From a bacterium (GTDB taxonomy: Bacteria > Hydrothermota > Tepidihabitantia > SM23-42 > JAOAFX01): 64,000 bases of DNA. The notes below the pieces were generated by a model that worked only from the letters and a program-made list of their open reading frames with translations, made no database searches and had not been told where the DNA came from. How positions within the stretch are numbered: the first letter of the stretch is position 1; every line of letters starts with the position of its first letter. Position numbers and translations under genes: made by a program. The DNA lies in assembly GCA_036382775.1 (NCBI GenBank), contig DASVHD010000036.1, forward strand, positions 18,657-82,656, given 5' to 3'. Below, one piece after another: positions 55,949-64,000 of the stretch.

Positions 55949-57340
55949 TCAACGATTTTTCGGGTAAAGGTAAAAAGAACCGAAGATTATTGTTGCTGAA
56001 TTTTTTGTGATCCTGGTTTTTAGATACTCCAATGCCTTTTTTACAGTTCCGGCAATAATGATGTTTTTCTGATACTTTTTTGCACTTTTGAAGATCTCAA
56101 CCGGTTCCATTGCCCGGGGATGGTCGGCTTTTACAAGCAGGACTTCTCGGGCTTTGGGGAAAATATGCTTGATCGCGTAATTTATATCCTTCTCCGTGCT
56201 GCAGCCGAAGATGAGAAAAAGACCGCGCTTTGGAGTAGGGTCTTTAGCCCCGTCTTTCATGAGCCTGAAGGCTCTACTCCAAAAAACCTCATTCAGATTT
56301 TGTTCCAGCGCCCGAAACGAATCTTCGTTATGAGCCACATCAAAAATCACCAGCGGCTTTTTCGAGATAACCTCAAAACGGCCCTGCAATTTAGTATTTG
56401 CGATCCCTGCTTTCACCGCCGGTATATTTATCTCTATGCCTTGATCCCTCAACCGGCTCACCACTGCCAGCGCGAGCGAGAGATTCTCGACCTGATGTCT
56501 ACCTGCCATAGGCAGGTGCGCGTCGAACTCACCCCGCCTGCCTTTGATATGGACATCCATGCCGGTCATATCCATGCGCAGGACCTTTATCCTGTGGAGG
56601 TCATTGGCAAAAATGACCGCATGTTTTCGCTTTCTGGCAACCTTTCTTAAAACCTTTTCAACAACAGATCGCTGGTGGATGGTGATGACTGTGGGTTCAA
56701 GTATCCGCCTTGTCACCCCCCACCCTTCCCTCCCCCGCAGGTGGGGAGGGATTAAGGGAGGGGGGATTTTTTTAATGATCCCCGCCTTCTCGCGTGCGAT
56801 CCGCTCCAATGTCTTGCCCAGCATGTTCATGTGATCATACCCGATCCTGGTAATTACCGGAATAACAGGACCGGTAACGACGTTCGTCGCGTCCAGACGT
56901 CCGCCAAGACCGACTTCCAGTACCGCGATATCGACCTTGTGCCGGGCGAAATGAATGAACGCCATGGTTGTGAGGACTTCAAAGAACGTCCGCGCGCCGA
57001 TCCTGGTCTTATGGTCGATCAATGGTTTTATGATCTTTATATATCGATCAAGCTCTTTATTGGAAATTTCCTTATTATTTATCCTGATCCGCTCGTTGAT
57101 CCTGCGCAGGTGCGGCGAGGTGTACAAACCGGTCTTGTAGCCATTGGCGATCAGACAGGAATTGACCATCGCCGCGGTCGATCCCTTGCCTTTTGTGCCG
57201 GCGATCAAGACAATATTCTTGAGTTTTTTCTGTGGTGAACCGAGTTTTCTTAAAAATTTTGTATATGCATCGAGGTCATAATGATAGCCGGGGACTTTTT
57301 CGTAGTTGATTAATGAACCGAGAAAAGAAACAACGTTCAT
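55949..57340 (-). CDS. folC: Bifunctional folylpolyglutamate synthase/dihydrofolate synthase carrying an in-frame 19-aa insertion
   Basis: The P-loop 'IAGTKGKGST' and the Mur-ligase-family layout are present. The insert 'IPPPLIPPHLRGREGWGVT' is encoded by repeat copy C. Confidence 0.8.
   Translation of the reverse strand: MNVVSFLGSLINYEKVPGYHYDLDAYTKFLRKLGSPQKKLKNIVLIAGTKGKGSTAAMVNSCLIANGYKTGLYTSPHLRRINERIRINNKEISNKELDRYIKIIKPLIDHKTRIGARTFFEVLTTMAFIHFARHKVDIAVLEVGLGGRLDATNVVTGPVIPVITRIGYDHMNMLGKTLERIAREKAGIIKKIPPPLIPPHLRGREGWGVTRRILEPTVITIHQRSVVEKVLRKVARKRKHAVIFANDLHRIKVLRMDMTGMDVHIKGRRGEFDAHLPMAGRHQVENLSLALAVVSRLRDQGIEINIPAVKAGIANTKLQGRFEVISKKPLVIFDVAHNEDSFRALEQNLNEVFWSRAFRLMKDGAKDPTPKRGLFLIFGCSTEKDINYAIKHIFPKAREVLLVKADHPRAMEPVEIFKSAKKYQKNIIIAGTVKKALEYLKTRITKNSATIIFGSFYLYPKNR
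56713..56767. repeat. Copy C of the G/C-homopolymer palindromic mini-element, the short form, lying inside the folC coding sequence
   Basis: The sequence is TCACCCCCCACCCTTCCCTCCCC-cgcaggt-GGGGAGGGATTAAGGGAGGGGGGAT. It is an imperfect palindrome whose left arm matches copy B's left arm. Confidence 0.5.
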
Positions 57341-57449
57341 TTTTCCGAATTACACGAATGACAGCTAATATTCCGAATTCGATTCATTCGGTATCATTCG
57401 CATTATTCGTTTTGTTTTCATTCGCTGCCATTCGTCCCATTCGTAATAA

Positions 57450-58184
57450 CTATTCGCCCAAGCTTTTCATTTTTAACGCGATGTCGATCGCCGGCGCCGA
57501 GTGTGTGAGCGCGCCGATCGAAATATAATCAGCCCCGCAGTCGGCATACTCTTCGATATTGTCCAGGTTGACGCCGCCGCTGATCTCGGTCTCGAGTTTG
57601 TCCGAAGACAACTTGACCATTGTCACTGCTTGTTGGGCAAGTTCGATCCGCATATTATCCAGCATCAGGCGGTTGACCGGCAGGCGCATCGCTTCCTTGA
57701 CCTCATCCATGGTCCTTACTTCCACTTCGATGTATGCTCTCTTTTTTTTCTGCCTGACCGCCTGAACCGCCTTGGTAATACTCCCCGCGATCTGGATATG
57801 GTTATCCTTGATCAGGACCATGTCGTAAAGCCCGAACCGGTGATTAAATCCGCCGCCCGTGCGCACCGCGTATTTTTCCATCAACCTCAGTCCCGGCGTC
57901 GTTTTTCTCGTGTCCAGGATCTTGGTCCGGCCCGCAGCAGCATCAACGAACTTTCTGGTTAGGGTCGCGATCCCGCTTAATTGCTGCATGAAATTCAGCG
58001 CCGTTCTCTCGGCCTTGAGGCATGACGCAGCCGACCCGATGACCGTGGCGATGGTCTGTCCCGGACTCAGCCGGTCGCCGTCTTTCATTTTGGGTTCGAA
58101 CTTCACCTGGTCATCGACTTTGGCAAAGACCATGCGTGCGATCTCCACCCCGCACAGCACACCTTCTTCTTTTGGGAAGATCAC
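57450..58184 (-). CDS. nadC: Nicotinate-nucleotide pyrophosphorylase (carboxylating), with a start codon that probably lies further upstream than annotated
   Basis: The QPRTase core 'TRKTTPGLR...LIKDNHI' and C-terminal 'YISIGALTHS' are present. The same frame stays open upstream to 58421 and encodes the canonical N-terminal 'LKEDIGRGDITTNAIV', but no ATG, GTG or TTG exists there. Confidence 0.8.
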   Translation of the reverse strand: MIFPKEEGVLCGVEIARMVFAKVDDQVKFEPKMKDGDRLSPGQTIATVIGSAASCLKAERTALNFMQQLSGIATLTRKFVDAAAGRTKILDTRKTTPGLRLMEKYAVRTGGGFNHRFGLYDMVLIKDNHIQIAGSITKAVQAVRQKKKRAYIEVEVRTMDEVKEAMRLPVNRLMLDNMRIELAQQAVTMVKLSSDKLETEISGGVNLDNIEEYADCGADYISIGALTHSAPAIDIALKMKSLGE

Positions 58185-58341
58185 GCCGAGCGTTCTTTTG
58201 TCGCTGCTGACGATCGCGTTGGTGGTGATATCGCCCCGGCCGATATCCTCCTTAAGCGCCCTGACGACGATCTTCAGGAATTCTCTGTTATACCATTCTT
58301 CCGTAACGATAGTGGTAATGGTTCCCCCTTTGCCTGTCGGC

Positions 58342-60366
58342 CTACGGCCTGCGCCCGCGATCCCGGGTGCGTACGCCTGGATCGCTGCTGGCTTTTGTTC
58401 CCTGCTTTTCCAGTTTGCGCCTTATCAGTTTTATCTGATCGCGCAGCTTGGCCGCCTGCTCAAACTCCATGAGCGATACCGCATCGGCCATTTCCCGGTA
58501 CAGATTTTCGATCTCCTCGATGCCACTATCACTCGCTGGTTCTTTCTCCACGGCGCGATCCGCCACCGAAGTCGCCTTCAATATCTCCTCGGGCGATTTC
58601 ACGATGCTTTTCGGAATTATATGGTATTTTTCATTATATTCAAGCTGACGCTTGCGCCGACGCTCCATCTCCTCGATCGCCCGTTTCATGGAATCGGTCA
58701 TCGTGTCCGCATACATGATCACTTCGCTCCGGACATTGCGGGCGGCCCGGCCCGCGGTCTGGATTAACGAACGCTCGCTGCGCAGAAAACCTTCACGGTC
58801 GGCGTCCAGGATAGCCACCAGCGCGACTTCGGGCAGGTCCAGACCCTCGCGCAGCAGGTTTATCCCCACGAGCACGTCGAACTCGCCAAGCCGTAGTCCC
58901 CGCAAGATCTCCACGCGCTGGATCGCGTCGATCTCGGAGTGCATGTACCTTACTCTTATGCCGAGCTCGTTCAGGTATTGCGCCAGATCTTCGGCCATGC
59001 GTTTAGTCAGCGTCGTCACCAGCACGCGCTCATGCACGCTAACCCTCTTTTGAATCTCGTTTATCAGATCGTCGACCTGATTGTTCGCCGGTTTGATCGT
59101 CACCATGGGGTCAATGATGCCGGTGGGCCGCACGATCTGTTCGATGATCCGTTTGCCCGACCGCTCGATCTCCCACTGCGCCGGTGTCGCCGAAATACAG
59201 ACGGCCTGGTTGACCAGCGATTCAAATTCGTCAAACTTCAAGGGCCGGTTCTCCAGTGCCGACGGCAACCGGAAACCGTATTCGACCAACGTCGTCTTCC
59301 GCGAATGGTCGCCCGCGTACATGCCCTCGATCTGCGGAATCGTGACATGGGATTCGTCGATGACCAGGAGAAAATCCTTAGGGTAGTAATCGATCAAACA
59401 AAACGGCCTTTCGCCCGGGTTGCGGCCGGACAGATGCATGGAATAATTTTCAATGCCCGGGCAGTAACCCAGTTCCGTGAGCATTTCGATATCAAAACGG
59501 GTCCGCTGGATGAGTCGCTGGGCTTCCAGGAACTTACCCTGTGTTTCCAGGGCCTTGACGCGGTCTTCGAGTTCCTGTTCGATCCTGCCCACCGCCTCCT
59601 CGATCCGGGGCTGGGTCGTGATGAAATGTTTTGCCGGGAAGATCACTGTCTGTTCCAGTTCCTTCTTTATATAGCCGGTAAGGGGGTCGAAGACCTGGAT
59701 CTTTTCCACCACTTCACGGTCACCGGACAACACGATCCTGACGCCGTCCCTTTCATCGGCCGGATGCACGTCGATGATCTCACCACGCACCCGGAACGTG
59801 CCGGGCAGGAACTGAATGTCATTGCGCGAATACTGGATCGAAACCAGGCCGCTCATGATCGATTCGCGGCTTTTCTCTTTATGCTTTACGATTTCCACCA
59901 CGAGTTCGCGCACCTCGTCCGGTGAGCCGATGTTGAAAATACACGACACCGACGCCACGATGACCACGTCTTCCCGCGTGAGCAGGGCCGATGTCGCCTT
60001 CAGCCGAAGCCGGCTTATCTCCTCGTTGATCGATGCGTCCTTCTCAATGTACAGGTCGCTTGCCGGCACATAAGCCTCGGGTTGGTAATAATCATAATAG
60101 GATATGAAATACTCTACGCTGTTTTCCGGGAAGAAAGACTTGAATTCGCTGTACAGCTGGGCCGCCAATGCCTTGTTGTGCGAAATGACGAGGGTCGGCT
60201 TCTGGATCTTTTCTATGACATTGGCGATCGTGAACGTTTTGCCCGAACCGGTCACACCCAGAAGTGTCTGGTATTTACAGCCGTCGCTTATGCCTTGTGC
60301 CAGTTGTTCGATCGCTTCCGGCTGGTCGCCGGCCGGCTTAAAGTCCGCGTGTAATTTAAGGCTCAC
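58342..60366 (-). CDS. uvrB: Excinuclease ABC subunit B
   Basis: The N-terminus '[14 protein letters not shown]', Walker A '[10 protein letters not shown]' and a C-terminal UvrB/UvrC interaction motif are present across the full length. Confidence 0.95.
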   Translation of the reverse strand: MSLKLHADFKPAGDQPEAIEQLAQGISDGCKYQTLLGVTGSGKTFTIANVIEKIQKPTLVISHNKALAAQLYSEFKSFFPENSVEYFISYYDYYQPEAYVPASDLYIEKDASINEEISRLRLKATSALLTREDVVIVASVSCIFNIGSPDEVRELVVEIVKHKEKSRESIMSGLVSIQYSRNDIQFLPGTFRVRGEIIDVHPADERDGVRIVLSGDREVVEKIQVFDPLTGYIKKELEQTVIFPAKHFITTQPRIEEAVGRIEQELEDRVKALETQGKFLEAQRLIQRTRFDIEMLTELGYCPGIENYSMHLSGRNPGERPFCLIDYYPKDFLLVIDESHVTIPQIEGMYAGDHSRKTTLVEYGFRLPSALENRPLKFDEFESLVNQAVCISATPAQWEIERSGKRIIEQIVRPTGIIDPMVTIKPANNQVDDLINEIQKRVSVHERVLVTTLTKRMAEDLAQYLNELGIRVRYMHSEIDAIQRVEILRGLRLGEFDVLVGINLLREGLDLPEVALVAILDADREGFLRSERSLIQTAGRAARNVRSEVIMYADTMTDSMKRAIEEMERRRKRQLEYNEKYHIIPKSIVKSPEEILKATSVADRAVEKEPASDSGIEEIENLYREMADAVSLMEFEQAAKLRDQIKLIRRKLEKQGTKASSDPGVRTRDRGRRP

Positions 60367-62041
60367 GCCGGAAAACGCGGTATGATTTTGGAGCGATGGA
60401 TACTTTAAGCTGCTGCTGGAAAACGGTTATTTTTTCACCGCTCAGCAGATCGGCATACGTGCCATCCCAGGCCGGCAGCATGACAAAAGCCGGAGCCTCC
60501 CCGGAATTGAGGACCGTGATCAGACCCCCGCGATCGTACGCGTAGACCTGCGTGATATCATTCGCCAGGAGCGTGTAGAAATACTTGCTCGCGATCTGTC
60601 CATTGGCTTTCCGGATCCCGATGAGCCGCTTGATCTCGGAGAGCAGGTTCAGGTCCTGCCCTGCTGGGTTGGAAACAAAACTCCCCAGGTTCAGGGATTC
60701 GGCTTCGGTCATGCCGATCTCGTCGCCGTAAGTGATGACCGGCGATCCGCAGAACGTCATTATGAACGCGTACAGGTTCTTGATGTCGCCTGCGTCGACA
60801 AATTCCCTGATCCGGTAGTCGAACGTGCTGGCGGCCATGAGGTTGAACGCGTTCGCCTGCGAAGGCGTCCAGAAAAGGATCTTGTGCAGCGCTTGGTCGA
60901 ACTGCGACACGGGGATCGTCTTGCGGCCGAAATAATTGAGGATCAGTTCGGTCATTGCGGGCTTGAGGCTTCCGTCAAGTCCGTCTCCCGTGAGCGGCCT
61001 GGAATCGGTACCGACAAGAAGCAAACTGGGATATTTCGCCTTGATGAACGCGCGGAGATCCTTTAAAAAATCGACATTGATTGCGGGATCCTCGCCGATA
61101 TAAAACCCGTCGATACCGAACTGGCGCCAGTATTCGATGTAACCCATCAGGTAACTTCTCACCTGCGGATCCTTCAGGTTTAATTTTGGAAAATGCGGGT
61201 CCCCGCGCCAGCATTCAAAGTACGTACTGGACAGTTTTACCGGCCTGGTCTTGACCTGGTACCAGTTCAGGTATTTGGAACTATCCTGCGCGTGGAGGAT
61301 GTCCGTAAATGCCGGGAAATCGCTACCCGTGTGCGTAGCGATGAACATCAGGACGACTTTTTTATTGCGCCGGTGCGTTTCAACAATAAGGGAGCGAAGT
61401 GCGGCCGTGTCGCCGAACACGGGATCGACCGAGCCGAAATCGAAAAAATTGAACTTGTGATTGGAATTCGCGGTCCCGACCGGTGACAGCAGCAAAATGT
61501 CTATATTCAGCGAATCAAGATAATCGAGCTGGTCCTTGACCCCTGAAAGATCGCCGCCATAAGATGCCCAGTCCTGCGGTTTGCTTCCCCACGACCTCAT
61601 ACCCGGCGGCTCACTGACCAGATCACCGTTCCTGAAACCGTCTATAAAGATCAGGTAGTATACCTTGCTTGCGGCCCAGGCCGGCGGTGCGAACATCGTT
61701 ACTTGCGGCCGGAAAGCACCAACCGGCGGGAAAACGAGCGAATCAGCCCCGGCCTTGACCACAAAATAATAAACGAGAGTAGTATCGAATGCCCCGATAT
61801 CAGCGGTGAAATAATCAAAGTAATCATCCTGGTAAGCTATATCCATCCGCGCCGCCAACGAATCCCGCATTAAAAAAGCTTGCTTCACGGTGTTTTTCCT
61901 GGCTTTCAGACGGATCTCGCCGGCCACCGGGTTCACATAGAAAAGTTCGCGGTTATTGTGCGCAACGTCATCGACGGCAAGCGCCATACCGAGCGCGCAT
62001 AAACTTAACAGCAACACAACAGATCTTTTTACATGTCCCAT
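60356..62041 (-). CDS. Secreted glycoside hydrolase of the GH13 alpha-amylase family
   Basis: The signal peptide is '[22 protein letters not shown]'. GH13 regions '[12 protein letters not shown]', 'GFDGFRIDA'-like 'GIDGFYIGE' and '[11 protein letters not shown]' are present. The start could alternatively be upstream at 62134. Confidence 0.75.
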   Translation of the reverse strand: MGHVKRSVVLLLSLCALGMALAVDDVAHNNRELFYVNPVAGEIRLKARKNTVKQAFLMRDSLAARMDIAYQDDYFDYFTADIGAFDTTLVYYFVVKAGADSLVFPPVGAFRPQVTMFAPPAWAASKVYYLIFIDGFRNGDLVSEPPGMRSWGSKPQDWASYGGDLSGVKDQLDYLDSLNIDILLLSPVGTANSNHKFNFFDFGSVDPVFGDTAALRSLIVETHRRNKKVVLMFIATHTGSDFPAFTDILHAQDSSKYLNWYQVKTRPVKLSSTYFECWRGDPHFPKLNLKDPQVRSYLMGYIEYWRQFGIDGFYIGEDPAINVDFLKDLRAFIKAKYPSLLLVGTDSRPLTGDGLDGSLKPAMTELILNYFGRKTIPVSQFDQALHKILFWTPSQANAFNLMAASTFDYRIREFVDAGDIKNLYAFIMTFCGSPVITYGDEIGMTEAESLNLGSFVSNPAGQDLNLLSEIKRLIGIRKANGQIASKYFYTLLANDITQVYAYDRGGLITVLNSGEAPAFVMLPAWDGTYADLLSGEKITVFQQQLKVSIAPKSYRVFRREP

Positions 62042-62158
62042 AATTAATAGTGTATCTAATTTCCCAAACTTGTCAACAAGAAAAAGCATACCACGATAAA
62101 GACTTAAGTGCAAATTCATCCACTTGACGCGCATCGAAATTTAACTATCATTTCATAT

Positions 62159-63100
62159 ATGCTCGTGAATAATGAAGAAAAGAAATTACTGCTGAAGAAG
62201 AAAATTGGTGTTCTATGCGGCGGGTGGTCATCCGAACGCAAGATCTCGCTGGGCACCGGTGCCTGCGTTGTCGCTTCACTCGCAAAGCAGGGATTCAACA
62301 TGAAAGAGATCGATGTCGACAAGAACCTGATAAAAAAACTAAAGGATATCGACATCGCCTTCATTGCCCTCCACGGAAAATTCGGCGAGGACGGCACGGT
62401 CCAGGGGATCCTGGAATTCTTAGGTATTCCCTACACCGGCTCCGGCGTGATCGGCTCGGCCGTCGGGATGGACAAGATCGTCTCCAAGACGGTATTCACC
62501 GGCGCCTCTATCCCAACCCCGGAATATTACCATGAAAAAGACGCGAACCTCGACGAGATGGTGGAAAAACTCGGTTATCCGGTCGTCATTAAACCCTGCG
62601 CCGAAGGTTCCAGCGTCGGCGTGATCATCGCCCGGACGAAAAAACAATTGACGAACCACTACGCCAGGCTTTCAGCACAATTCCCGGATCTTTTCTTTGA
62701 AAAATTCATCAAAGGGATGATGGCAACCTGCGGGATCCTTAACGATGTTCCCCTTCCGATCCTGGAGATCGCGCCCAAAGAGCGGGCGTTCTATGATTAC
62801 AAATCAAAATACACGAAGGGCATGACCGAATACATCGTGCCGGCGCGGATACCGGAAGAGCAGTACAAAAAGACCCAGGCTTACGCCCTTGCCGCTCACC
62901 AAGCGATCGGTGCGTGTGGTTTTTCCAGGGTCGACTTCATGCTCGACCAGTCACAAAATCCGTATGTTCTGGAAGTCAACACGATCCCTGGACTGCTTCC
63001 TGAATCCAACCTTCCGCTGGAAGCGCGGGCGATCGGTCTGACCTATGATGAACTTATCTTCGAGATCCTAAAAACCGCTTTGCCGCGTATCCAAAAATAG
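62159..63100 (+). CDS. ddl: D-alanine--D-alanine ligase
   Basis: The N-terminus 'KIGVLCGGWSSERKISL', 'HGKFGEDGTVQGILEFLGIPYTGSG' and an ATP-grasp C-terminus 'GFSRVDFML...LEVNTIPG' are present. Confidence 0.9.
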   Translation: MLVNNEEKKLLLKKKIGVLCGGWSSERKISLGTGACVVASLAKQGFNMKEIDVDKNLIKKLKDIDIAFIALHGKFGEDGTVQGILEFLGIPYTGSGVIGSAVGMDKIVSKTVFTGASIPTPEYYHEKDANLDEMVEKLGYPVVIKPCAEGSSVGVIIARTKKQLTNHYARLSAQFPDLFFEKFIKGMMATCGILNDVPLPILEIAPKERAFYDYKSKYTKGMTEYIVPARIPEEQYKKTQAYALAAHQAIGACGFSRVDFMLDQSQNPYVLEVNTIPGLLPESNLPLEARAIGLTYDELIFEILKTALPRIQK

Positions 63101-63261
63101 CTTTACTTAATCCCCATAACCACGAATCCACATTTATCCACGAGTTTTATCCACTTTTTATGGCAGGGCGGATTTCGTCCTACGCTATAGACAAAAGAAT
63201 CGACCAGGGTGGCGCCGTTTCGGCGTTTAACAAGATTCTCGCCATTATTATAATGTAAGCG

Positions 63262-63999
63262 TCATGGAAATTCTGTTGGAAACTTCTTCTTCAGTATCTG
63301 CTTGACAATCTTTGGCATGTCGACCTTCACGGTTCCGTCCTCATTGACCTGAACCTGCCAATTTAACACCCTGCGTTTGCCATCGATTATGCCGATTGTC
63401 GTTGTTTTCACCAGATAATGATTATTCATTCTACATACCCAGGTTCGCCATTTCTCAGAGGTTAATTGCTTTTTTAAACCTTTATTATAACATTCAGTCA
63501 TCGGCTTGAAAAAATCTGGTTCCAATGATCCAATCTCACTTCTGGAATTTGCAACTTCATTATAATTTTTGTTGACCTCCTCAGCAAATAATTGTGGTTC
63601 CCAAGATAGATATGGCATAACTAAACGCACAAACAACTTTGCTACGTTAATAGCTACCTCATAGTTGTTTACGTGGATCGCTTCCGATGCGATCATTCTG
63701 TTGAAATTACTTTCAAAATCGTCATTTACAATTATCATATTGAGACAAGTATCAATTATGCACACAATACCTGTTCTAGGTGGACGAGAATAATAATGAG
63801 GAAGCAATAATAATAATAGATTATTATGCATAAAAGGGGCTTCAATTGTACTCTGAAATCTATAAGTGGCATTGGTTTTAGTCGATATAGTTGAACACGC
63901 CTTCATCACTATCGAGTCGAAGACAACTGCAGTGTTCGCAAATTGCGGGTAAGTCATACTGTCGTCATGTGAAATAACATTATTCAATCCAGTTACCAT
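63262..63999 (-). CDS. Hypothetical protein in an AT-rich segment, with its N-terminus possibly beyond the window
   Basis: The ORF is 245 aa in a region of clearly lower GC than its neighbours. No family was recognised. Confidence 0.35.
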   Translation of the reverse strand: MVTGLNNVISHDDSMTYPQFANTAVVFDSIVMKACSTISTKTNATYRFQSTIEAPFMHNNLLLLLLPHYYSRPPRTGIVCIIDTCLNMIIVNDDFESNFNRMIASEAIHVNNYEVAINVAKLFVRLVMPYLSWEPQLFAEEVNKNYNEVANSRSEIGSLEPDFFKPMTECYNKGLKKQLTSEKWRTWVCRMNNHYLVKTTTIGIIDGKRRVLNWQVQVNEDGTVKVDMPKIVKQILKKKFPTEFP

Positions 64000-64000
64000 A

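Noticed and set aside
58939-59925. 328-aa plus-strand ORF inside uvrB
   Set aside because: It is antisense to a full-length UvrB.

Overview
The window is a densely coded, mostly minus-strand chromosomal segment with about 52% GC. It most likely comes from an uncultivated anaerobic bacterium of the Fibrobacteres-Chlorobi-Bacteroidetes type that uses a type IX secretion system (T9SS). That inference rests on four secreted proteins ending in T9SS C-terminal sorting domains and a 1.8-kb-protein gene that resembles the SprA/Sov translocon. The rest is largely housekeeping: uvrD/pcrA, uvrB, dxs, ispA, lpxB, pdxB, folC, nadC, ddl, lnt, tatC, glnA, nnr, an IHF/HU protein, a GAF-GGDEF cyclase, a GH13 amylase and an rnfCDGEA cluster that lacks rnfB. 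One tRNA-Gly(GCC) sits behind a consensus sigma70 promoter. The most unusual items are four. First, an 845-851 aa protein joins a polytopic membrane domain carrying HEMGH to an enolase that appears circularly permuted, with the TIM barrel before the cap domain and the catalytic residues conserved. Second, a four-gene operon encodes secreted low-complexity proteins, one with an extreme Trp/Tyr/His-rich domain. Third, a family of small G/C-homopolymer palindromic elements has three copies, one inserted in frame inside folC. Fourth, RnfG carries a tandem FMN-binding duplication. No CRISPR array, rRNA, transposase or integrase was seen.
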